Shown here: positions 50,237-59,757 of the stretch, one piece after another
Layout: each line of letters starts with the position of its first letter
Numbering within the stretch: position 1 is the first letter of the stretch
Assembly: GCA_945872365.1 (NCBI GenBank)
Contig: CAMBZJ010000004.1
Location: forward strand, 68,265-132,264
Source: Klebsiella pneumoniae
GTDB taxonomy: Bacteria > Desulfobacterota > Binatia > UBA12015
DNA length: 64,000 nt
Direction of reading: 5' to 3'
Notes under the pieces: generated by a model
Databases searched by the model: none
Told to the model about the DNA's origin: nothing
The model's input: the letters and a program-made list of their open reading frames with translations, nothing else
Position numbers and translations under genes: made by a program

Positions 50237-52597
50237 TCAGCCCGGCTGGTTGCGCGACTCGATGAACCTCCGGCAGGGGTTGCCGCGCAGCACGCCGCAC
50301 TCGGGCCGGTCGGCCGGCACCTCGAGGCTTCCCTGCGGCAGGACGGGCATCACGATCGACGAGGCATGGGCACCGCCCCGGCCGATGCTGTAGCGGTCGC
50401 CTGCGCTGCCCGGGTTCTCGAAGAACCAGAGCGGCAGGTCGCGACCGGGCGTGTTCAACTGCACACGCAGGCGAGAACCGGCGCGCAGCGCATGGGCCAC
50501 GCTGAAGATCGGCACGCGGACGAGCGTGAATTCGCCGCGCGGCAGTGACTCGTAGTCGCCGTCCGCAAACCGCATCCGCACGAGGAACTCGTCGGAGTGC
50601 TCCTCGTCGACCTTGCGGTAGCCGGCGAGCTGGATGCCATTCTGGAGGCGGATCTCGTCGCCGTCGGGCGTCACCTCGGACAGCACGATCTCGAGCGGGG
50701 CGTCACCCGCGTCAGTCGCGATCCAGACCTCAGCGTAGCCGGGCCCTGCGAGCACCTGCGTCGAAGCGAGCGGAGCGGTCAGGTACGAGAGCCCCTTGCC
50801 GTCGGCCGCGCGGGTCCAGTCGAAGTTGAGCGTCGTCGCCGGCCTGATGAAGTCGTAGGCGCCGTTCTGGGCATAGCCGATCGGACCCGCCTCCGCGTCG
50901 AACTCGAAAGTGTCCGCGGCGTCCCCCGCGGGCTGGGATTCCGAGAGTCCCTCGGCGCCGTCGAAATAGAGCTTCCAGGCCTGTGCATCGCGCGGGGGCC
51001 ACTGGTCGTAGGTGGCGGAGTAGCGGTGGATCGGTGCGCCGGGGACGCCGGCGCCTGCACCCGACTCGAACAGAACGGTGACCGGCGCGTCGGATTCGAA
51101 GCGGGCGAGCGCGGCCCCGTACTGGCTGTCGGCCAGGTCGGCAAAGCGATCGGGCTCGAGAGGGAGCGGCGCACCGTAGTTGCCGACCATCTCGCCCGGG
51201 ATCGCGAGGCGGACCGCGGGGTTCACGTGCGGCACGGTCTTGTCGACGTAGAGGGACAGGAACTCGAACCAGTGACTCAGGTGATAAGCCTGGTAGCCGT
51301 CGGGATGGTGGCCGTTGAAGACGTAGAAGTGCTTGGAGGGCGAACGGTCGAAGTAGTTGAGCATCCCGGCGAAGCGCGGCCCGGTCTGTTCGTCCTGCCA
51401 GGCGCTCGTGAGGAAGACCGGGGCCTGAATTTCGCGCACCAGCTTCGAGAGGTCGCGGCTGTCGGCATCGGCCGGGCGACGCTGGAGCGAACTCACGAAC
51501 TTCTCGAATGGGATGCTCTGGGTGCGGATCGCCTGGTTCGCCTCGCAAGTCGTGTCACCGGCCCTGATCCGCTTCCCGGTCCATCCTTGGCCGCTCGGGG
51601 CCGACTCGCGGTCGCGCTGGGCGAGCCACTGCTTGGTGAAACCCGAGTTGTAGATGCCGCCCGGCCAGGACATCTGCCAGGAGTCCTCGATCACCGAGAG
51701 CGAGGTGATGCCGGCCAGATGGGGCGGATTGGTGGCAGCCACGTAGAGTTGCGAGTTGCCGGCATAGGAAAGTCCGACCATGCCGACGACGCCGTTCTTC
51801 ACCCAGGACTGCCGGGCGGCGATCTCGATCGCGTCGTAGCCGTCGGCCTGCTGGGCCGCGTTGAAGAAGTCGAAGGTGCCGCCCGAGCAGCCGGTCCCTC
51901 GGACGTTCACGCCGACGGTGGCGAAACCGAAGGCACCGGCGATCATGGAGCCCGGCTGGGGCTTCTCGGGATTCGAGGGGTCGTAGCCCGAGTACTCAAC
52001 GACGGTCGGATAGGGCGGGGGGCCGTAGAGCCGCGGGTCGGGGAAGCGGACCATGGCCGAGAGCGTGACGCCGTCGCGCATGGTGAGGTAGTTCACGCCC
52101 TCCTCGAAGGTGTAGCCGTCGATCGGCTTGCCGCCGATGACCTGCATGGGAACCCCCTGGAGAGACTGACCGGTGTAAAGCGATTCGTCCGGATGGTCGT
52201 CGCGACCGTGCACGCTGAAGGCGCCGGAAGCCTCGACGGGGTTCTTCTCCTCGTCGCTGATCACGTAGCCGGTACCGACCTTGAGGGCCTCCCCTCCGTT
52301 GGCGGCGGGGAGTTCGCCGCTCCCCGGGTCGATGACCGCGTGCTGTGATGGAATGTAGGCGAATACCGCCTGGCCAAGCTTGTCGGCGATCAGCGTGAGT
52401 TTCCGGTTGCCGGTGCCGTCGACGAGGGTGAGCTTCTCGCCCGGGTCGGCGCCGGTCACCGTCGCCAGTTGGACTCCGGGGGTCACCGTGAAGCGCGCCG
52501 GGGCGGTTTGCGGTCCGGCGGACCCGCTGTCGCCGCAGGCGGCAAGGCCGAGACCGGAAGCGAGGAGAACGAAGAGGGTTGTGGAAGATCGGGTCAC
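50237..52597 (-). CDS. CocE/NonD-family (S15 X-Pro dipeptidyl-peptidase-like) hydrolase, lipoprotein
   Basis: Lipoprotein signal MTRSSTTLFVLLASGLGLAAC; nucleophile elbow GLSYAG; ~780 aa with C-terminal beta-sandwich region. Confidence 0.8.
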   Translation of the reverse strand: MTRSSTTLFVLLASGLGLAACGDSGSAGPQTAPARFTVTPGVQLATVTGADPGEKLTLVDGTGNRKLTLIADKLGQAVFAYIPSQHAVIDPGSGELPAANGGEALKVGTGYVISDEEKNPVEASGAFSVHGRDDHPDESLYTGQSLQGVPMQVIGGKPIDGYTFEEGVNYLTMRDGVTLSAMVRFPDPRLYGPPPYPTVVEYSGYDPSNPEKPQPGSMIAGAFGFATVGVNVRGTGCSGGTFDFFNAAQQADGYDAIEIAARQSWVKNGVVGMVGLSYAGNSQLYVAATNPPHLAGITSLSVIEDSWQMSWPGGIYNSGFTKQWLAQRDRESAPSGQGWTGKRIRAGDTTCEANQAIRTQSIPFEKFVSSLQRRPADADSRDLSKLVREIQAPVFLTSAWQDEQTGPRFAGMLNYFDRSPSKHFYVFNGHHPDGYQAYHLSHWFEFLSLYVDKTVPHVNPAVRLAIPGEMVGNYGAPLPLEPDRFADLADSQYGAALARFESDAPVTVLFESGAGAGVPGAPIHRYSATYDQWPPRDAQAWKLYFDGAEGLSESQPAGDAADTFEFDAEAGPIGYAQNGAYDFIRPATTLNFDWTRAADGKGLSYLTAPLASTQVLAGPGYAEVWIATDAGDAPLEIVLSEVTPDGDEIRLQNGIQLAGYRKVDEEHSDEFLVRMRFADGDYESLPRGEFTLVRVPIFSVAHALRAGSRLRVQLNTPGRDLPLWFFENPGSAGDRYSIGRGGAHASSIVMPVLPQGSLEVPADRPECGVLRGNPCRRFIESRNQPG

Positions 52598-52767
52598 ATG
52601 GGTCTCCTGGTGCGGGTTTCGAGGTGCGTCTCGTGGAGGCAGAGTCTCGTCGTCGGAGCCCGGGTCCGGGCCGGAATGCCGTTCTGTACCGGACGGTCCG
52701 CTCCGGGGTACGCGGTCGCGGGTACCCCGGTCAAGAGCGCTTGTGGGATTTGGGGCGAAAATGGCCT

Positions 52768-53736
52768 TTGTTCGTAGGGCACCTGTCGCCCACTTCAGCC
52801 CACTCCTCCAACCGCCGCGACTTCATGCGGCTTGCGGCAGGAGCTGGCGCCTCGCTCGGCCTCGCGTCGCTGTTCGCGACGCCCGCGCGAGCCGGGGCCG
52901 CGACGGCGCCCCCGGCCGCAAGCGGCAAACCCTTCGACCTCGTGGGCCTGAAGATGCCCTTCCGTCAGGACGACCCGGCCTGGGGCCGCGACGTCATGTG
53001 GGACCGCAAGCTGGTCCTGAAGGCTGCCGCCCTCAACAAGACTCCGAAGGCCACGGCGAACGCGCTGCTGCGCGAGTTCGAGGACGGCAACACGATCGCC
53101 AACGAGGGCTGCCTCCTCACCTGCATGGCGATGGTGCTGCGCATGCTGGCGCCGGCTGGTCATGGGACCTGGACGCCCCGCACGCTCAACCGCGCAGCGC
53201 AGGCCGCCTATTACTACACGCGCTGCGGGCTCTCGATGACGACCCTCAACGCCGACCTGGTTTCGGAGGTTTCCGAGGGCACCGTGCAACTCGGTCCCAA
53301 GGAGGAGTACCTGCCGGCGGTGTCGCCCTGGCCGTCGGTCTTCTGCGATACGGCGCCTCTCGTGCGTGCCTACCGCAGCCTCGCCCCGGAGAAGCGCGCC
53401 GACTTTCTCGTCGTACTGAAGATCGGTACGTACGACGACACGGTGGCGTCGCACTACGTGCTCCTCGATCCCAACTCGACCGACGGGCCCGACGTCCGCG
53501 ATGCCGAAATCCTCGACCCCGCCATGCCCGCGGGGCAGACCGGGAAGTGGCGGCTCTCGGACTCCTCGGCCTGGATCACCGGAGATCCCGAGATCGCAGC
53601 CGGTTGGGCGGTCGACGGCATCGTACCGATGCAGATCGCCGGTGCCTGGGTCTACACGCGGTGGGAGGCGGCGGCCGGTCGAACCATGCTCGCACCGCTC
53701 GTGGGAGCCTGGGCCGGCGAACTCGCTCGCGGTTGA
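52768..53736 (+). CDS. Tat-exported standalone peptidase-C39-like cysteine peptidase
   Basis: TTG start gives MFVGHLSPTSAHSSNRRDFMRLAAGAGASLGLASLFATPARA, a twin-arginine signal. EGCLLTCMAMVLRML aligns with the C39 dCGpacLamvlr catalytic-Cys motif, and SHYVLLD aligns with the catalytic-His (HfvVl) motif about 110 aa downstream. Confidence 0.65.
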   Translation: MFVGHLSPTSAHSSNRRDFMRLAAGAGASLGLASLFATPARAGAATAPPAASGKPFDLVGLKMPFRQDDPAWGRDVMWDRKLVLKAAALNKTPKATANALLREFEDGNTIANEGCLLTCMAMVLRMLAPAGHGTWTPRTLNRAAQAAYYYTRCGLSMTTLNADLVSEVSEGTVQLGPKEEYLPAVSPWPSVFCDTAPLVRAYRSLAPEKRADFLVVLKIGTYDDTVASHYVLLDPNSTDGPDVRDAEILDPAMPAGQTGKWRLSDSSAWITGDPEIAAGWAVDGIVPMQIAGAWVYTRWEAAAGRTMLAPLVGAWAGELARG

Positions 53737-53751
53737 GACCGGGTCGGCGGA

Positions 53752-55653
53752 TCAGCGGTTGGCGGCCGCCGGCAAGTAGACGCGGCTGTAGCCCAGGAGG
53801 GTACCGGTCGCGAAGGCCAGGTCGATCTGTGCCACCTGGTAGTCGACGATCGCCTTCACCTCGCGGATCTGCGCTTCGCCGAGGCGCGTCAGGCCTTCGA
53901 GAACCTCGGTCATGGTGCGCAGGCCCTCGCGGAACTGGGTGAGTTCGGCGTCGTAGTTGATGCCGGCGACCGCGACGTTCTGGCGGGCGGCCAGAATGCG
54001 TTGCCAGTTCTGCTGCAACTGGTCGAGGGCATCGAAGATCTCCCGGCGCACGGTAAGTTCGCGCAGCACACGACTCGCGAGGCGTTGCTGTCGCTCCTGG
54101 ATGGCGCGCTCGAGCTTCGAGCGGCGCGCCTGATTGGTGAGCGGGATCTCCAGTCGGCCACCGACGAACCACTCGTCGTAGGGCCCGCCGAAGGTGTCTC
54201 CCCAGGACGAGCCGTAGCCGTCGCCCGATTGCCCGAGCGGCGCATAGCTGTACTCGACGGTGAAGAGGGGCAGGGTCTGGTTCTCGAGGTAGTCGATCTT
54301 CACGAGGTCCGAGGCGAGCTTCAACTCCAGTTCGAGGAGTTCCAGGCGGCCCTCGATGGCCTGCCGGACGAGCGCATCTCGGTCGAAGTCGAAGCGCACC
54401 AGTTGCGGTCGGGTCTCGGGCACCAGCAGGACCGGTGAGCCGAGCTCGAGGTCGGGGTCGTTCAGAAAGAGCTTCAACTGGCGCTCGCGTAGCTTGAGGG
54501 CGGTCTCGGCCTGCACGAGCGACTCGAGCCGCTCGGCAACCCCGAGTTCGGCGCGGTTCACCTCGACCGCCGGGGAGAAGCCCTCGGCGACACGCTGGCG
54601 GACCAGTTTCAGATTGCCCTGCGCGTTCTCGTATTGCTGGCGCCGCACGTCGAGTTCGGCCCAGGCGCCGTAGACCGCCCAGTAGGCCTTGTCGATCGCC
54701 GCGAGGATGCGGATCGCCTGGAGTCGGGTCTTCACGTCGGTCGCGCGCTGGTCGTACTCGGCGATCCGGATGCTGGCGACGTTCGTCCCGAGTCCGGCGT
54801 CGCGAAGCAGCGGCTGGCTCGCCGAGAAGCGCAGCGCCGACAACCACTGGTCCGAGGGAATGTCGGTGAGGGCGTTCTTCTGGCTGAACGGTGCGCTCAC
54901 GGCCAGTCGCCCGCCGGTGCGCAGCGGAATGGAGATCCCGGCGTCGACCTCGAGGGAGTTCACCTTCTCGGGTAGTTCGATCAGGCGCGCCGTCTGCCCT
55001 TCGAGCGGCGAGCCTGGGTCTGTCTTGAACGTGACGAGGTCGCCGGAGAGCTTCGGCGTGTACTTCTTCCCGTATTTCGCGCGGGCGAAGATCAGGTCGT
55101 CGAACTTCGCGCGCTCCTCGTTCACCAGCAGCGAGGCGATCTTGGGATCGAGTTGGGCGATCTGCAGTTCGAGGTTGTTGCGCAGGGCCTCCTCGCGGAC
55201 GTCGGCGAGCGTGACCGGGATCGTCCCGCGGCTCCGAGCGGCCTCGAATCGACGGGGCGGGGCGGGCGTCGCCGCAGGCGCCGGCGCAGCGGTGCCGGGT
55301 GCCATCGATGCATCCGGCGCCGTCGCGGAAGCGGTCGCAGCCGCCCCAGCGCGCCTCGCCTCGTCGAGCCGCGGCACCGCGAGCCGACGCGGCCCGCTTG
55401 ACGGGTCCGACCAGTCCTGGCGTGCGACGGCCTCGTCGAGGGTCTCGCGATCGCGGGCGATGGAGTCGAGGTCGATGCTCTCCCCGGCGGCGAGCCGGTT
55501 GCGCACCCGGCCTTCCATCTCCGGCGAGATGCGGCCGTGGTAACTCGTGCAGGACGCCGCGAGACACGCGAGGGCGGCGAGCATGGCGGCCTGCATGCCA
55601 TAGGTGGCGGTCTTGTGGTGCTGCGGCCGTTGCATGGCGGGTCGTCCGATCAC
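53752..55653 (-). CDS. TolC-family outer-membrane efflux/secretion protein with long Ala/Pro-rich N-terminal region
   Basis: Lipobox-like LAALACLAASC; two TolC repeat halves (LTLADVREEALRNNLELQIAQ... and ...AIQERQQRLASRV...); last gene of the minus-strand operon. Confidence 0.85.
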   Translation of the reverse strand: MIGRPAMQRPQHHKTATYGMQAAMLAALACLAASCTSYHGRISPEMEGRVRNRLAAGESIDLDSIARDRETLDEAVARQDWSDPSSGPRRLAVPRLDEARRAGAAATASATAPDASMAPGTAAPAPAATPAPPRRFEAARSRGTIPVTLADVREEALRNNLELQIAQLDPKIASLLVNEERAKFDDLIFARAKYGKKYTPKLSGDLVTFKTDPGSPLEGQTARLIELPEKVNSLEVDAGISIPLRTGGRLAVSAPFSQKNALTDIPSDQWLSALRFSASQPLLRDAGLGTNVASIRIAEYDQRATDVKTRLQAIRILAAIDKAYWAVYGAWAELDVRRQQYENAQGNLKLVRQRVAEGFSPAVEVNRAELGVAERLESLVQAETALKLRERQLKLFLNDPDLELGSPVLLVPETRPQLVRFDFDRDALVRQAIEGRLELLELELKLASDLVKIDYLENQTLPLFTVEYSYAPLGQSGDGYGSSWGDTFGGPYDEWFVGGRLEIPLTNQARRSKLERAIQERQQRLASRVLRELTVRREIFDALDQLQQNWQRILAARQNVAVAGINYDAELTQFREGLRTMTEVLEGLTRLGEAQIREVKAIVDYQVAQIDLAFATGTLLGYSRVYLPAAANR

Positions 55654-56966
55654 TTCACGCGCTTGCGGGCGACGTCCGGCTTGGGCTTCTCCTCGGGAAT
55701 GCGTGGCGGAAATCCGTTGAGCTGGCGCCAGGTCTCGTAACCGACGGTCACGCGATCGAGGAGAATCCAGCCGCGTGCCTGGCTCCCCTGGCGGAGAAAG
55801 CGATCCGAAGGCCAGGAGCGCTCGCTCTCGTCAGGGACGACCATGACCCGAAACTTCCCCTTGCCGTCGTCGGTCGGATCGACGAAGGCCACCTCGCCGG
55901 CGAAGCTACCGACCGCGACCTCGGGCCAGCCGCCGAACTGCACGGCGGGCCAACCCTCGAACTGGAGACGTACCTTGCGTCCCGGCGTGATGAGTGGCGC
56001 GTCGTTGCCGCGCACGAGGAGCGCGACGCCACGCCGGCTGGTCTCCGGTACGAGCACGACGAGCGGGTCGCCGGGCTTGAGCACCTCGGCGTCGGGATTG
56101 TTCAGGAGTCGCAGGACCACGCCGTCGCGCGGCGCGGTGATCGTCTGGGCGCGCTGGCGCGCGATGTCGACCTCGAGCTTGAGCATCGACTGCCGCCCGT
56201 CGGCGACTTCCCCGGCCACCTTGCTCGCGGAGGCCGATGCCGACTCGACCCTCGCCTGGGCGTCGGCGCGGGTCCGGTCGACCTCGACATCCGCGGCGCG
56301 CAACTCGGCCTTCGCCGCCTCGAGCGTGGCCCGCGAGGAGTTCAGGCTGCGCCGGGCGACTTCGGCATCGCGCTCGGCGACCTCGACGTCGCGTCTCGAA
56401 ACGACCCCGGAGCGGAGCAGGCGTGCAAGGCGCGCCGACTGCGTGGTCGCGGCCGTCAGCGAGGCCTCGGCGCCGCTCACCGCCTCCCGGGCGCCGCGGG
56501 CGCGTTCGCCCACGCCATCGAGACGTTGCCGGGCCGCGCCGACCTGGAGGTCGCGGCCGGACTCGATCTGCTGGAGCTGCAGCTGGTAGCTGCGCAGTTC
56601 CTGGTCCTTCGCGTCGATCTTCGACTGGAGTTCACGCTTCTGCCCCTCGAGTCGCACGAGGGCCTCGGGGTCGATGTCGGAGACGTCGGCGAGCAGGTCG
56701 CCGGCCTTCACGATCGAGCCTTCCTGGACATGCCAGCGCAAGACGCGTCCACCGACCGGTGTGTCGACGGTCTGCTGGCGTTCGTTCGGGAGGAACGCCG
56801 TCACCTCGCCGGTTGCCTGGATGTTCTGCACCCACGGCAGGAGGAGCATGGCGATCGGCGTGAGGACCATCGCCCAGGAGCAGGCGGTCGCCATCCGACT
56901 CACGATGAGCGGCGTCTGTGCCACGCTGAGGGCGGTCGCAAAGCCGCGATCGGTGGATGGTCTCAT
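55650..56966 (-). CDS. HlyD-family membrane fusion protein (T1SS)
   Basis: N-terminal TM segment, long coiled coil and C-terminal beta-barrel (HlyD_3-like) region. ATGA overlaps with the flanking genes. Confidence 0.85.
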   Translation of the reverse strand: MRPSTDRGFATALSVAQTPLIVSRMATACSWAMVLTPIAMLLLPWVQNIQATGEVTAFLPNERQQTVDTPVGGRVLRWHVQEGSIVKAGDLLADVSDIDPEALVRLEGQKRELQSKIDAKDQELRSYQLQLQQIESGRDLQVGAARQRLDGVGERARGAREAVSGAEASLTAATTQSARLARLLRSGVVSRRDVEVAERDAEVARRSLNSSRATLEAAKAELRAADVEVDRTRADAQARVESASASASKVAGEVADGRQSMLKLEVDIARQRAQTITAPRDGVVLRLLNNPDAEVLKPGDPLVVLVPETSRRGVALLVRGNDAPLITPGRKVRLQFEGWPAVQFGGWPEVAVGSFAGEVAFVDPTDDGKGKFRVMVVPDESERSWPSDRFLRQGSQARGWILLDRVTVGYETWRQLNGFPPRIPEEKPKPDVARKRVK

Positions 56967-59119
56967 GCGGCCTGCCCTCCCGCATCACGGTCGCGACCGG
57001 ATTCGAGTCGCACGGTGCGGTCGCAAACGCTTGCGATCGCGGTGGAGCGGGTCAGCAGGACGAGGGTGAAGCGCCGCGCGGGATCGAGGAGCGCGGCGAC
57101 CGCGTCGCCGCGGTCGTCTTCGTCGAGGTCGTCGAGCAGGCCGTCCACGATCACGAGTTCGGGGTCCCCTGCGAGGGCGCGCGCGAGCATGAGACGCCTC
57201 ACCTGCCCGCCGGAGAGGGGAGCACCACCGGGGACCAGCCTGGTCTGCAGGCCGCCGGCTAGGAGCCGCAGGCCCTCGAGCAGGCCGGTCGCCGAAAGGG
57301 CCGAGACGACTTGCTCATGCGTCACCTCGCCTCGGCCGAGACGGACGTTCTCGTAGATCGTGTCCTTGATCACCTCGGGCTCCGAGGCGAGACCAATGCG
57401 CCTGCGGACCTCCACGAGGCGCAGTTCGCGGAGATCGAAGCGATTGAGTCGGATCGTACCCCGATCCGGGCGCCGCAGACCGACGAGGAGAGTGGCCAAG
57501 GTGCCCTTGCCGCTGCCCTCGGCGCCGAGGACAGCCACCCGTTCGCCGGGTTCGGCGCGGAGGTCGAGTCCCCGGAAGACCGGTGGCGAGTGCTCGTGCG
57601 AGAAGTGCAGATCGCTCGCCTCGAGTTCCATCGGCGCATGATTCCACCGACCGGCGACGTCGGATCCCTGCTGTGGTTCCAGCGGCAGGTCGATCAGGTG
57701 TCCGAGCTTGTCCGACGCGGCTAGCAGGTCGTAGTAGCTCTCGAGTTGCTTCCCGAACTTGGCGAACGAACTCAGCAGGGATGTGACGATCAGCTCCGCC
57801 GCGACGAGTTGTCCCAGGGAGAGTTGGGCATCCATCACCAGGAGTCCGCCCAAACCGAGAAGTGCTGTGCCGGCGACCGCCGACAGCACGGCGAGCGCAA
57901 CGTTCTGGCGCAGCACCACGCGGTAGTGTCGCCCACGGGCATGCAGATAACCGTGCGAAAGCAGGTCGGTGCGTTCCGCTGCGTGGTCCGGGCCCCCGTA
58001 GAGCTTGAAGGAGAGGGAGTTGCGGGCGACGTTCTCGAGCCAGGCCGCGACGGCATACTTCGCCCGCGACTCGGCGATCGCCGTCTCGGTCGCGCCGCGT
58101 CCGAGCAGGAAGACGATTCCGAGCAGGCAAGCCACGAGGATCGAGTCGAAGCCAAGCAGCCACGGATGGTAGAAAGCCAGCACGACCAGTCCGATGATCG
58201 CCTGCAACAGCGTTGCGACCCCATCGAGGAGGAGCGTCGCCGCCGCCTTCTGCACGGTCATGACCTCGAAGAAGCGATTCACCAGCTCGGCCCCGTGCGC
58301 CCGGTCATGCACCGCCTGGGTGACGCGCGGCAGGCGCCAAGCGAGGTCGGCGGCGATACGGGCGAAAATCCGTCGCTGGATGATCTCGACCAGGTAGGCC
58401 TGCGAGATGCGCAGCACGCCCGAGAAGGCGAGGAAGACGAAGAGCATGAAGACGAGGACGAGCAGCGGTTGACGCAGCCCGCCCATAGCCACGGAGTTCA
58501 CCAGGGCCTGGACCGCCACGGGCGTCGCGAGTCCGAGAAGGCCGACCCCGATCGCGAACTCGATGACCCGGACCAGGTCGCGGCGCTCCGGTCGCAGGAG
58601 TTCCCAGAGTCGGGCCTGAGGGGGCGTGTCGTGGCCGTGATCGGCGCGGGCGGCATGCAGGGGTGCCGCCGGCGCGACGACGACCCAGTCCCGCGGGCGA
58701 TCGACATCGGTCCCGAGGCGAGCGGCGAGGCGATCGAGGCTCTCCCGCGAATCGGCCGTGGAGTGGGCATCCACGCGGGTACATTTCAGCGCGCCACCGA
58801 CCGCTCCCCAAACGAGCGTGCAGGCGCCCGACGCTCCGGGGCCGGAGTTCTCGAAAGTGATCGCGGGAGCTTCTTCGCCGGAGAGGTCCGCTACTTCGCG
58901 CAGCGACAGCCGCACCGGCCTCGCGGCGAGGCCGCGATAGGTGGCGCGCGCCATGAATCTCTCGATGCCGTCGAGCGATTCCCCGACGCCCTCGCCACCG
59001 AAGTCGCTCTCGCCGGGTGTCCCGACGTGGAGACGCTCGACCACCAGGTGCAGGACCCGGTCGAGAGCGGGCAGGGGGCCGCGCGGGGGCTCGGGGATGT
59101 CGTCTTGGAACGCGGACAT
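56963..59119 (-). CDS. T1SS ABC transporter (permease/ATPase) with N-terminal C39-like domain lacking the catalytic Cys
   Basis: Walker A GAEGSGKGT; signature LSGGQVRRL; Walker B LVIVDGLLDDLD; 6-TM domain. The ~150-aa N-terminal domain matches the C39 scaffold (...RATYRGLAARPVRLSLREV...PAI...), but the Cys position is non-Cys, as in the HlyB CLD. Confidence 0.85.
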   Translation of the reverse strand: MSAFQDDIPEPPRGPLPALDRVLHLVVERLHVGTPGESDFGGEGVGESLDGIERFMARATYRGLAARPVRLSLREVADLSGEEAPAITFENSGPGASGACTLVWGAVGGALKCTRVDAHSTADSRESLDRLAARLGTDVDRPRDWVVVAPAAPLHAARADHGHDTPPQARLWELLRPERRDLVRVIEFAIGVGLLGLATPVAVQALVNSVAMGGLRQPLLVLVFMLFVFLAFSGVLRISQAYLVEIIQRRIFARIAADLAWRLPRVTQAVHDRAHGAELVNRFFEVMTVQKAAATLLLDGVATLLQAIIGLVVLAFYHPWLLGFDSILVACLLGIVFLLGRGATETAIAESRAKYAVAAWLENVARNSLSFKLYGGPDHAAERTDLLSHGYLHARGRHYRVVLRQNVALAVLSAVAGTALLGLGGLLVMDAQLSLGQLVAAELIVTSLLSSFAKFGKQLESYYDLLAASDKLGHLIDLPLEPQQGSDVAGRWNHAPMELEASDLHFSHEHSPPVFRGLDLRAEPGERVAVLGAEGSGKGTLATLLVGLRRPDRGTIRLNRFDLRELRLVEVRRRIGLASEPEVIKDTIYENVRLGRGEVTHEQVVSALSATGLLEGLRLLAGGLQTRLVPGGAPLSGGQVRRLMLARALAGDPELVIVDGLLDDLDEDDRGDAVAALLDPARRFTLVLLTRSTAIASVCDRTVRLESGRDRDAGGQAA

Positions 59120-59153
59120 GACTCGGGTGTCCTTGGAGCGGGCGGGGAGAAGA

Positions 59154-59534
59154 TCAGCGCCGGGTCGGCCGCCGCAAGATCAGCTTCAACAAGTCGTCGA
59201 CGGCGCAATGACTCTCCACCGGGTGGCGCAGCGGTAGGGCCGTCTTGATCTCGTAGTGGTTGCGCCGGCCGTCGCGGTGGCGCTCGATGTAACCGGCCTC
59301 CTCCAGTTCCGAGACGATCCGCTGCACGGCGCGCTCTGTCACACCCACCGAGCCAGAGACGTCCCGCATCCGCGCGGCCGGGTCCTGGCTGAGGCACACG
59401 AGGACGTGCGCGTGGTTGGTGAGAAAGGTCCACGGCGCGCGCGGCGTCCTCGCAGCGGGTTGCGGGCCGGACGCAGTCTTCTTTCGCGTGGCGCGCCGCT
59501 GCGGGGCGTGTGCGGGGCGTGCGGTCTCGTCCAT
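59154..59534 (-). CDS. ArsR/MarR-type winged-helix transcriptional regulator
   Basis: FLTNHAHVLVCLSQDPAARMRDVSGSVGVTERAVQRIVSELEEAGYIERHRDGRRNHYEI wHTH; first gene of the T1SS operon. Confidence 0.65.
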   Translation of the reverse strand: MDETARPAHAPQRRATRKKTASGPQPAARTPRAPWTFLTNHAHVLVCLSQDPAARMRDVSGSVGVTERAVQRIVSELEEAGYIERHRDGRRNHYEIKTALPLRHPVESHCAVDDLLKLILRRPTRR

Positions 59535-59757
59535 GCCTCTCTCCTAGCAGGTCAGTTCGCGATTAGCAATACACGATATAAACGTCGCAATAACCTGCGG
59601 GCCCGACCGGCGAGGGCTGCGGGCGGGCGCCCGGGTCGGGCCCGACTCGGACCATCGAGGCGGTGCGGGACCCGGGGCTCGCTTGTTCCGAGGCCGGGTG
59701 CGGACTATTCACCTTCATCGCGCAACCGCGACGTCGCGTCGCCACTGGAGACCCCCG
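59535..59757. promoter_or_regulatory. Divergent promoter/operator region between the regulator-T1SS operon and H-NOX
   Basis: Locally AT-rich stretch GCGATTAGCAATACACGATATAAACGTCGCAATAACC with direct repeat GCAATA...N18...GCAATA, in an otherwise ~70% GC context. Confidence 0.45.
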
